From Okeania sp. (GTDB taxonomy: Bacteria; Cyanobacteriota; Cyanobacteriia; Cyanobacteriales; Microcoleaceae), in contig NZ_JAYKGW010000226.1 in assembly GCF_035285525.1 (NCBI RefSeq), positions 1-32,000 on the forward strand: a stretch of 32,000 bases of DNA. The letters are read 5' to 3'. Positions 1-7,504 of the stretch are shown here, one piece after another (position 1 is the first letter of the stretch; every line of letters starts with the position of its first letter). The notes beneath the pieces were generated by a model, which made no database searches, was not told where the DNA came from, and saw only the letters and a list, made by a program, of their open reading frames with translations. A program made the translations under genes and the position numbers.

Positions 1-130
1 TTTCACAAATTACCGATGACTCGTAAAATTCCCGAATAATTTTCGGCTTTTATATTCTGATTATTTTTTTGATTAAATATAGATTTAAACATTTTTTCAG
101 CATCATTTTATCATAGTCAATTATCAAGAT

Positions 131-189
131 CGTAGGAGTTTGATTTCTCCATCTAATTTGGCTAGGGTTGGGAGACCAAACCCCTACAG
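131..189. repeat. Hairpin-type dispersed repeat (GTAGGrGTTTGGTCTCC ... GGAGACCAAACCCCTAC family)
   Basis: Imperfect inverted arms cgtaggagtttgatttctcc / gggagaccaaacccctacag. The same arms recur at 3229, 13891, 16954, 21842 and 22001. The flanking motif tttcacaaattaccga occurs at 1..17 and 195..211. Confidence 0.7.
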
Positions 190-277
190 TTTTTTTTCAC
201 AAATTACCGATTCTAAGTATATAAAGTACAGAATTTAACAATCAAATAATTATCAATTATCCATTATTAATTATTCA

Positions 278-1075
278 TTAATGAACTATCCAATATAAAG
301 GAGAAACAATTCCATAAGGTTTCCATTTTAAAGGTTCTCGTAAAATAGAGTGGGGACTACCGAATTCATCGGTACGATTTGGACGGGGGTCATTTCGATG
401 TAAAACACCAAAAGTAGATATAGCATAAAAACGTAAATTTTGTTTAGGAATACCCCTTTTTAATATATTTGTAGTTCTGGGTAAATGAACTTTAAATATA
501 TCTAATTCTGGGTCTAAACGACCAGGCCATATTTCTCCTCTTTCACATTTACTCATGGCTATAGCTAAACGTAAATCTTCGATGCGATCGCTTTGATCTA
601 TTAAGTCAATAAATCTTTCTATTACTTTACTATAAAATATGTCACTTCCTGGTTCCCATTTATGGAGTAAAATTAGACAACCAAGATTATCTTTAATCAG
701 ACATTCTTCTAGAAATTCTTGATGCAATGGATTAGAAATTCCACTTTGTAATTGATTAAAAATTTCCCCTGGATAATCTCGAACAACTAGGTTGATTTCT
801 TCTGGTTTTCGTTGCCACCAATGTTTGACTTCTATGTGAAAAGAATACAAAGGTAAATCGTAGAAACTTTTAATTCTAATTCCGTCAATAATTGTCGGTT
901 CTAAAGAAGCTCCATTGAGAATAATATTTTCAGCTTTATTAGCTAATTTTTTGGCATCATTAGTAATAGGTGTAATTTGAAAATTAGGATGATTTTTTTC
1001 TGGCCAATAAGCTAATCCAGCTAAATAAGTTGTTTTCCCTGCACCAGTAGGTCCGATAATGCAAATATTCCCCAT
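278..1075 (-). CDS. Divergent P-loop NTPase / GTPase-like protein (paralog A), function unknown
   Basis: 265-aa ORF. G1/Walker A is GPTGAGKT (aa 8-15) and the G3-like motif is DYPGE (aa 100-104). SKCE (aa 175-178) sits where paralog B has a canonical NKAD. Motif order and spacing are collinear with ORF 3326..4072. Confidence 0.75.
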   Translation of the reverse strand: MGNICIIGPTGAGKTTYLAGLAYWPEKNHPNFQITPITNDAKKLANKAENIILNGASLEPTIIDGIRIKSFYDLPLYSFHIEVKHWWQRKPEEINLVVRDYPGEIFNQLQSGISNPLHQEFLEECLIKDNLGCLILLHKWEPGSDIFYSKVIERFIDLIDQSDRIEDLRLAIAMSKCERGEIWPGRLDPELDIFKVHLPRTTNILKRGIPKQNLRFYAISTFGVLHRNDPRPNRTDEFGSPHSILREPLKWKPYGIVSPLYWIVH

Positions 1076-1127
1076 TTTTTTTGATTAATTCTTGAAATTT
1101 TTAGGTGTTTATATTAATTATTAAAAT

Positions 1128-1155
1128 GCAGGGGGGAATGGCATTCGCCCCTACC
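1128..1155. repeat. Small palindromic dispersed repeat (GGGGGAATGGCATTCGCCCCTAC type)
   Basis: Near-palindrome gcaggggggaatggcattcgcccctacc. An inverted copy lies at 1995..2023. Confidence 0.65.
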
Positions 1156-1292
1156 ATTAAAATATTATACGATTGCTATATGAATTAATTGAAAATAATA
1201 AGAGTCATAAATAATCCCCCTAAATGCTCCTTTGTAAGGGAGACTTTGAAGACTTCCCTCCTGAGAAAGATATCAACAATAATTGTAGATTT

Positions 1293-1344
1293 TAAAGAGG
1301 CTCCATTGAGAATAATATTTTCAGCTTTATTAGCTAATTTTTTG
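1293..1344 (-). other. Displaced 52-nt copy of an internal segment of the GTPase-like gene A
   Basis: 1293..1344 matches 902..953 at 51/52 positions. The segment encodes ...AKKLANKAENIILNGASL... in gene A. Confidence 0.85.
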
Positions 1345-1582
1345 AGGATAATCCTACCAAACTAAAATCTGCATTAATCGGCAATTCAAACCAGGTTTTT
1401 TCCGATAGTCTTTTTCAGAAAAACATTACTTCTAAATTTTCAATTTCATTTGTTTTCGGATGAAAACTAGCAACAACTCCATACTCAATTTCTGCTGATT
1501 CTTTTTCTGGGTATGGAGTGCATTTATTAATATAAAGAGTATCTCCTATACGGTCATATTCAAAAGTTAATTTCGAGTCCAT
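1334..1582 (-). pseudogene. DUF2283-like small antitoxin-type gene with a premature in-frame TGA
   Basis: MDSKLTFEYDRIGDTLYINKCTPYPEKESAEIEYGVVASFHPKTNEIENLEVMFF, then TGA at 1415..1417, then the same frame continues KRLSEKTWFELPINADFSLVGLSSKN. A GGAG lies upstream of the ATG at 1582. The ATG overlaps the end of the upstream toxin-like frame. The 55-codon N-terminal part could still be expressed. Confidence 0.45.
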
Positions 1583-1893
1583 ATAATTTCTCCTTGAGTA
1601 ATTTTAGCCGTCAAGTAAGCAGTTACGATCTAATTACGTTCTTCAGGAAAAGTATCAGTGACAACAACTACCACAATGTACCTGCCTTTACGAATATTAG
1701 GATACTACCTTGATAATAAGATTGTATTTTCATACCTTACATCACATCTAAATTTATTTACCTCAAGTAAGGTATCGGCAATTAACTGTTGATATACTCT
1801 TCCTCAATCTGGATGTTTTTCAGTTATATGAATTCCTCTTTCATTGGTTAATTGAATATCACTATTTAAGTAATAACATAAAAAATTGATCAT
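1567..1893 (-). pseudogene. DUF4258-like / barnase-EndoU-RelE-like toxin remnant (three in-frame stops)
   Basis: The frame reads MINFLCYYLNSDIQLTNERGIHITEKHPD*GRVYQQLIADTLLEVNKFRCDVRYENTILLSR*YPNIRKGRYIVVVVVTDTFPEERN*IVTAYLTAKITQGEIIWTRN. The family assignment is from memory of HPE..VVVV..TAYLT..GE..W type toxins that pair with DUF2283. Confidence 0.4.
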
Positions 1894-1994
1894 ACAATTT
1901 TTTTGCTATTTACAAGTTTTACTGCAGCAATTTTTAGGTCAATAAACCACATGAAAAAATGATAAATCAGTAAGGAAGTTGAATATAACATCCC

Positions 1995-2023
1995 GATAAG
2001 GGCGAATGCCATTCTCCCCTACT
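1995..2023. repeat. Small palindromic dispersed repeat, inverted copy of 1128..1155
   Basis: gataagggcgaatgccattctcccctact. Its reverse complement matches the 1128 copy, including the asymmetric central base. Confidence 0.65.
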
Positions 2024-2179
2024 CTTGAAAATCTGAGGAATCATAAATGATGCTTTAGTTGGTATTATTATCTTACTCAAACGTTATAGTTTTCTCAAAG
2101 CGATCGCTCTGAAAAAAATATTATTTATTTGACTTTTGGAATTATAATTATAGTAGTTGTTAATAATGTCAGATTTAAT

Positions 2180-2421
2180 ATGGATGCTGAGGAACTTTTA
2201 AAGCTTTTGAACTACCCCAAAGTTTACAAACTCTATTTATCGAAATCGAACGCACAAAAACTCTACTAACTGTTATCCATGAAGGAAAACCATTAATAGT
2301 TATTCATCCTGCTATTACTGAAACTAAACGTGATCCCTGTGGAGTAATGAAAGGAAGCGCCGAAATATTAGTAGATATAGTCGCTCCTGTTACCGAATCT
2401 TGGGAAGCGATTGATAATTAA
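2180..2421 (+). pseudogene. Frameshifted antitoxin-like gene (Phd/YefM-like C-terminus)
   Basis: ATG at 2180 gives MDAEELLKLLNYPKVYKLYLSKSNAQKLY*. A second frame gives ...ELPQSLQTLFIEIERTKTLLTVIHEGKPLIVIHPAITETKRDPCGVMKGSAEILVDIVAPVTESWEAIDN*. The two frames join only with a frameshift near 2205-2215. Confidence 0.4.
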
Positions 2422-2620
2422 TAATATAAAATTCGGTTTAACAGTAGTCCCTATCGACGAAGCGGAAGCAATATCTGGGCACCCCTGAGATTACTTCCTT
2501 CCATGGAGTGACCGTCGCAATGACGTAAGGTATAGTAATTGATTTGATATAACGGATAGTTTATAAGGGAATTACTATAACTTTCATTATTCATTGTTTA
2601 TTATTATTTTCTAAAATATT

Positions 2621-3178
2621 ATGATTACACAAACACAACTAAATTTAGAACAATTTTTAGCTCTTCCAGAAAGAGATACAACTGATGAATTAATAGACGA
2701 AAAAATACAATCTAAAATGTCTCCCAAAAGATTTAATTATCGTTTAAAAGGAGCACTTTATCTACTCCTAACTAACTGAAGTAAATCAAAAGGAGAAGTA
2801 GGAATAGAATGGGGAATTATCCTACAAAAAAATGGTAAATATTGGGTTCCCGTACCCGATTTATTATATATTTCTTATCATAAATTACCCCAAGAAAGAT
2901 TTGAGGATGAACTCTGTCCTTTTCCTCCAGAATTAGCCATTGAAATTAGATCTCCTGGTCAATCTTTTGGCTATCTAAGTTAAAAAGCAACAGATTATTT
3001 GAATGCTGGAATTTTGAGAGTTTGGATTGTTGATTCACAAGCAAAAAGCATTACGATTTTTTATCCTTTTTATCCGCCAAAAACTAAACGGGGGCAACAA
3101 TGTTTAACAGATGAAGTTTTGCCAGAATTAGAAATAACTGTTGAACAAGTTTTTCAGCAATCAGGAATTGAAATTTAA
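2621..3178 (+). pseudogene. Uma2-family (DUF820) endonuclease with two in-frame stops
   Basis: 186-codon frame MITQTQLNLEQFLALPERDTTDELIDEKIQSKMSP...LLLTN*SKSKGEVGIEWGIILQKNGKYWVPVPDLLYISYHKLPQERFEDELCPFPPELAIEIRSPGQSFGYLS*KATDYLNAGILRVWIVDSQAKSITIFYP... This is the typical Uma2 layout, interrupted by one TGA and one TAA. Confidence 0.75.
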
Positions 3179-3228
3179 TTGATAATCGCTAATTGATATA
3201 GCCACAAGAAATCATTGGTGACAAAAAA

Positions 3229-3290
3229 CTGTAGAAGTTTGGTCTCCAAACATCCTAGCACTTGGGGAAAGGAGACCACACCCTTACCAG
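3229..3290. repeat. Hairpin-type dispersed repeat (GGTCTCC/GGAGACC family)
   Basis: ctgtagaagtttggtctccaaac...ggagaccacacccttaccag. It lies directly downstream of GTPase-like gene B. Confidence 0.7.
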
Positions 3291-3325
3291 AAAATCTGAT
3301 AATTTCTTGAGAATTTATATAATTA

Positions 3326-4072
3326 TTAATTATCCAAATAACTTGCCAAATATATCCAAGGTAATTCTAATAAATTACGATGATAAATACTGGTAATAAA
3401 ACATCGCACCGACAAACCAGAACGACTTTGATTGATTTTTTCCAACTCCGATTTTACAGGTTGAAAATAATTATTAATTACATAATTATGACGTTGTAAC
3501 CAATTCAAATTAGAGCCATGAGGCAAATAACTCAATAGAGAAATTTCCTGTTCAATATCACAATTAATTAAATCAGCTTTATTTAAACAAATAATAATCC
3601 GTCGTGGTTGAGAACAATCATTAATAAAAAACTCAACCCAACGATTAAATCTATTACACCATTGTTGCCGAGTAATAAAATTTTCCCGATCTATATGAGG
3701 CTGTAAAATTTCTCGATAGGGAGGAACAATTAAAAAAATTCCTGCACTTTTACTAACTATTTCTTGAAAATTTTGCCATTCATTAATATGCTCAAATTGC
3801 CACGACCTCCGAAATAATTCTCCTGGAGAATCTATCCAATCTACAGAAATTTTACTAACACCAATAGGCAATTTAACTTCCACATTTAAAGAACATTTTT
3901 CAATAGTTTTAGTCGGTTTAATCGTACCATCTAAATTTAGCAAATTTGCCTGGATATTTTGATTATTTTGATTAACTAAATTAACCCGAACATAATTTCC
4001 TTTGGATTTAGTTAATGCTAATGCCAAATGAGTTTTTCCCACAGCGCGATCGCCTATATAAACTACTCCCAT
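3326..4072 (-). CDS. Divergent TRAFAC-type small GTPase-like protein (paralog B), function unknown
   Basis: 248-aa ORF. G1 is GDRAVGKT (aa 7-14), G3 is DSPGE (aa 81-85) and G4 is NKAD (aa 164-167). It aligns by eye with paralog A: LNGASLEPT / NLDGTIKPT, IEVK..DYPGEIF / VEVK..DSPGELF, FYAIST / CFITSI. Confidence 0.8.
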   Translation of the reverse strand: MGVVYIGDRAVGKTHLALALTKSKGNYVRVNLVNQNNQNIQANLLNLDGTIKPTKTIEKCSLNVEVKLPIGVSKISVDWIDSPGELFRRSWQFEHINEWQNFQEIVSKSAGIFLIVPPYREILQPHIDRENFITRQQWCNRFNRWVEFFINDCSQPRRIIICLNKADLINCDIEQEISLLSYLPHGSNLNWLQRHNYVINNYFQPVKSELEKINQSRSGLSVRCFITSIYHRNLLELPWIYLASYLDN

Positions 4073-4080
4073 CTTTTCAG

Positions 4081-4154
4081 TTATCCGTTATTACTTATCC
4101 GTTATTAGTTATTAGTTATTAGTTATTAGTTATTACTTATTAGTTATTAGTTAC
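4081..4154. repeat. Heptanucleotide tandem repeat (STRR-like, TTATTAG x ~10.5)
   Basis: ttatccg ttattac ttatccg ttattag x4 ttattac ttattag x2. The block begins 9 nt upstream of the start codon of gene B. Confidence 0.9.
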
Positions 4155-4262
4155 AACATATTTCTGAATAATGAGTACAAAGCATTGATAGTAAAATTAT
4201 TGTAGTGCGGGGATTTTGCCCGCGATAACTCTACCTTAAAGATACCAATTTTTATTATCAAT

Positions 4263-4471
4263 AGGACTTACGCAGGCTAACTCAGAAACCGAGTTTCTTG
4301 TAGATGTTGATTGTCAAAAACAATGACTTACTCAGGACTTACGCAGGTGAACCCAGAAACCCGGTACGAGCGTAAACGCTTACTGTTCAAAATAAGGATT
4401 TGTCGTAGAAACCGGGTTTCTTTGCGTAAGTCCTATTACTGTAGAAACCCGGTTTCTTTGCCTAAGTCCCG
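4263..4471. repeat. Cluster of AGGACTTACGCA / GAAACCCGGTTTC MITE-like repeats
   Basis: Several nested copies of aggacttacgcag...cagaaacccgg and gaaaccgggtttctttgcgtaagtcct. Related copies lie at 12839-12937, 16141-16299, 17055-17100 and 25872-25965. Confidence 0.75.
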
Positions 4472-4483
4472 ATCAATAATCCA

Positions 4484-4518
4484 TTATTAATTATTAATTA
4501 TTAATTATTAATTATCTA
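4484..4518. repeat. Heptanucleotide tandem repeat (TTATTAA x4-5)
   Basis: ttattaa x4 then ttatcta. The last unit contains the stop codon of ORF 4512..4985. Confidence 0.85.
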
Positions 4519-4985
4519 TTAGTAACAGTGACAGAATAATTAAATTTAAAAGGTTTAAAACTGGTTCCATCTTTAGCACTCCCAATAATTTCTAAATCAT
4601 AAACACCAGCTTGAGGAAACATAATTTCTGCCCCTGGAATATCTTGATATTGTTCAGTCTTAATTCCTTTTAATTCTGGATTCATTATCGTTTTACTGTC
4701 AGAGTTACGAGGTTCAAGATAAACATTTAACTGACAATTACATTTACTAAAAGGAATACTTTTACCTCCTTGGCGAGTCAGAGCAAACCAAGCTAAAGAA
4801 GACTTACCAACCTTGGGATTATGATTAGGTGTAATGTGAAAAGTACAAGCTACATCTTGAGAAACTTCTACATTATGAGCGTAAGTAGGAATTAGTTTAT
4901 TAGGCAATTTATGATTAACTATTTCTGCTTTTGTGCCAACAGAAAATGCTAAAATTAACAATAAGATTTTGATACTAATTTTCAT
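4512..4985 (-). CDS. Small secreted protein with His/Cys-rich beta-sandwich-like sequence; possible periplasmic partner of the upstream membrane protein
   Basis: 157 aa with the signal peptide MKISIKILLLILAFSVGTKA. The mature part carries AHNVEV..CTFHITPNHNP and SKCNCQLNVY motifs. It is on the same strand as, and 174 nt downstream of, ORF 5160..6407. Confidence 0.7.
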   Translation of the reverse strand: MKISIKILLLILAFSVGTKAEIVNHKLPNKLIPTYAHNVEVSQDVACTFHITPNHNPKVGKSSLAWFALTRQGGKSIPFSKCNCQLNVYLEPRNSDSKTIMNPELKGIKTEQYQDIPGAEIMFPQAGVYDLEIIGSAKDGTSFKPFKFNYSVTVTNR

Positions 4986-5042
4986 TATTTTGTAATCCTA
5001 AAAAAATTGTACCGTTACGGATGTTGCATTTCCAGTAGGGAC

Positions 5043-5074
5043 GTTGCATGCAACGTCCCTACTGAGACATTATT
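5043..5074. repeat. Perfect 32-nt palindrome CAGTAGGGACGTTGCATGCAACGTCCCTACTG
   Basis: The sequence is its own reverse complement. Degenerate copies lie at 21741..21766 and 31467..31494, both preceded by ccataaccaaaacct. Confidence 0.9.
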
Positions 5075-5159
5075 TAAAGTGCGTTACAATATTATTGGGG
5101 GGCGGGTTTATCTAATTTTGGGTGAAAACTCATTAACTTAATCAAGAAACCCGCCCCTA

Positions 5160-6407
5160 CTATTTATTAATTTTATCACTAACTTGTTTCAATGGTAAAA
5201 CATAATATTTATCTAAATTAAACCAAGACCAAAAATATCGCGATCGCACAAACAATACAACTAATATTACCATCCCCAAAATGACGGAACGCAACTTATT
5301 TTCCCAACTCCATTCTAGGGAACCCAAATAATTAGAACCCATTGCTACCGCATGAACTCCAGATAAAATAAAAGCTGGCACACTCAATAAATGTAACCTC
5401 CGCCACCACTTATCCAGAAACTTCACTGCGCCATCAAAACTCGTTAACGCTAACGGTAACATTAATCCCAAACTAATAAAACCAGTCCTTATGGCGAACT
5501 GATGTTGAGGCAACATGAACGAAACTGCTTGGAGACTCCAATTTAAACTGTGGTCTAACATTCGCCCTGTATGCGCCATTGATAACACAAACGCTCCCAC
5601 ACCCAAAGCACGACGATAACGTAAAGGTTGACTCCAAAACCGACTGAGGGGACGCGCTACCAAAGCTAAAATCAGACAAAATATGGCAGCATGACCAGTG
5701 TAGTCAATCATATCACCATTTCGCAGCACTACCATAACGCCAACACAAATACTTACCCAACCTGCCATTTGAAATAATTGACTGCGTTTATCTGCGCTCA
5801 AAAAAGAAGTCAACATTCCTACTCCCAACATTGAAGGTAATGTTCCTAAACCAAAGGCGAACATACTCCCTGCACCTAACCAAATATTGCTAGTTTCTGC
5901 CGCTTTTATTTGAGCAGCATACAGAAAACCACATGGCATCAAACCCCAAACTAATCCTAGTAACAGGGGAGTCCACCATTTATTTTCCATAGAAAGGTTG
6001 ACCATAACTGTACTCAAGCGCTGATGCAATTTACCTTTTTTCAGAGGATGGAATATTGGCAAATTTGGTAATAGTTTGGGTTGCACTTTTGCTAAACCAA
6101 ACCAAATAAGCATTACACCTGTAATTATTGCTAACCATCGTCGCAAGTCACTGTCAATACCTGCTAAATGACCGCTTGCTACTAACACAGAACCTAATGC
6201 TCCAATACCTGCACCTGTTAGGGTGTAGCTACAGAGACGACCAAAGTTAAGTAGGGTATGAAATTGAAATTGATGCCATTTCTTCTCATAAATGGGAGAT
6301 TTTGTAGAAAGGGAGAAACTTGCAGTTATTGGTCCGCACATTCCGACGCAGTGACCGAAACTGCCGAAAAATCCTAAAGTTGTTAATAATAATAAGTCTA
6401 ATAGCAC
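5160..6407 (-). CDS. Polytopic membrane protein: DsbD_2/UreH-like domain (HCxxMCGP, PCG) fused to a ferric-reductase/MsrQ-like heme-b domain
   Basis: 415 aa with a GTG start. The N-terminal half has GHCVGMCGP and LMPCGFLY motifs in TM helices. The C-terminal half has conserved TM histidines (LSMAHTG, LSGVHAVAMG), as in YedZ/MsrQ-type ferric reductase domains. Confidence 0.75.
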   Translation of the reverse strand: MLLDLLLLTTLGFFGSFGHCVGMCGPITASFSLSTKSPIYEKKWHQFQFHTLLNFGRLCSYTLTGAGIGALGSVLVASGHLAGIDSDLRRWLAIITGVMLIWFGLAKVQPKLLPNLPIFHPLKKGKLHQRLSTVMVNLSMENKWWTPLLLGLVWGLMPCGFLYAAQIKAAETSNIWLGAGSMFAFGLGTLPSMLGVGMLTSFLSADKRSQLFQMAGWVSICVGVMVVLRNGDMIDYTGHAAIFCLILALVARPLSRFWSQPLRYRRALGVGAFVLSMAHTGRMLDHSLNWSLQAVSFMLPQHQFAIRTGFISLGLMLPLALTSFDGAVKFLDKWWRRLHLLSVPAFILSGVHAVAMGSNYLGSLEWSWENKLRSVILGMVILVVLFVRSRYFWSWFNLDKYYVLPLKQVSDKINK

Positions 6408-6452
6408 TTTATTTATATTATAAATAACACCCCAAAAACTAAATTAAAGTAT

Positions 6453-6988
6453 TTATAATTCATCGGAAATAATTAATGTAATTATTTCTGTTTTATTTTG
6501 ACGATAAATGCGAAAATCACTGTCTAAAGTTAATAAACTACTGCCTATAATTAATTCGCTCATTCTGACTATAGCAGGGAACAGGGAACACAGAAGGTAG
6601 GAACAGGGAAGAGTTGTTCAAGTGTTTCCGTGGTCTTTGATTTATCATCAGTCCATGTCCTAATCGCCTTGTCGGTTGCTATAAATCAAGTATCTGCAAA
6701 AGACATAGGAAAAGATTGGTATTTTTTCATTAACTCTCGAACAATAGTTACTTCATTTCAGAAATGAAAAGGAACTTCAAAATAACCACTACTGACTAAA
6801 CCTATTACTGCATCCTTACCACCATAGATATCTTTCAAAATAAAACAAGCTTCACTAATAATTGCTTCACAGGTGAATACTGGTTTAGCAATATTTCCCC
6901 ATTCTTGAAGTGCCCAGTTATGGTGGCGAGCGCTTTTGTTTAGGATAGCTACCAAAACTCCTGTATCTAGGATAACTTTTCTGTACAT
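6453..6988 (-). pseudogene. PIN-domain (VapC-like) toxin gene, broken by an in-frame TGA and a 114-bp MITE insertion
   Basis: MYRKVILDTGVLVAIL...GYFEVPFHF*NEVTIVRELMKKYQSFPMSFADT, then the insert at 6570..6683, then VRMSELIIGSSLLTLDSDFRIYRQNKTEIITLIISDEL*. Confidence 0.75.
6570..6683. mobile_element. 114-bp MITE-like insertion with TATAGCA / TGCTATA terminal inverted repeats
   Basis: It starts tatagcagggaacagggaac and ends gtcggttgctata, and it interrupts the PIN reading frame. The motifs ggattgctata / tatagcaatcc recur at about 1165, 11200, 17035, 22065, 27215, 27345, 28210, 30625 and 31425. Confidence 0.65.
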
Positions 6989-7003
6989 ATTAGTTGATTT
7001 TTT

Positions 7004-7244
7004 CTATTTTAGTTCCTTTTTTTTCAAAGACAGCTCGCCTATTCCGCTTTCCAAACAACCAACAAATTCTTGAGCTGCTTCTAAGATTGAAATAACTTCT
7101 TCTTGTTGATCCGAAAAATTCTGTTTTTGCCCTTTAAATAAATTGCAAAAATTCAATAACATCTCCAACCTTTTGCTGTTGTTGAGGAGTTGATTTTTTC
7201 AGACTTTCTAAAATAGTTTTTTCTTGAGTAATTGTTTGAATCAT
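7004..7244 (-). pseudogene. Frameshifted VapB-type antitoxin gene upstream of the PIN pseudogene
   Basis: MIQTITQEKTILESLKKSTPQQQQKVGDVIEFLQFI* in one frame. A 1-nt shift gives FKGKKQNFSDQQEEVISILEAAQEFVGCLESGIGELSLKKKELK*. Confidence 0.5.
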
Positions 7245-7504
7245 TTGTTTATTTTTCTAGTAAGTTTAACAAGATTTTTTATATTATAACAGATTTTTGA
7301 TGTGACATTAATAATCCACAAATTCTCAAAATGTAAGGTTATAGTTTTCTAAATTTCCTTTGACCAATTATAAAAGCGATCGCTTTGTTAACTATTTTAT
7401 GATAATTCTCACATTATTGTCAAAGGCGATCGCTAGAGGAAATTTCCTGCTTTAAAGAACAACTAAGTCAATTAACTTGGTTTCTAGGTTGGTTTGTGTC
7501 TTGG

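Noticed and set aside
5473-5679. 68-aa ORF nested within the membrane-protein gene
   Set aside because: It lies fully inside a well-supported 415-aa CDS in another frame and has no features of its own. The same reasoning applies to the nested or antisense track ORFs at 10427..10663, 12086..12268, 12170..12388, 14521..14724, 15153..15389, 15687..15881, 16343..16555, 16584..16799, 16812..17000, 17359..17577, 22583..22783, 23130..23333, 24027..24314 and 24655..24846.
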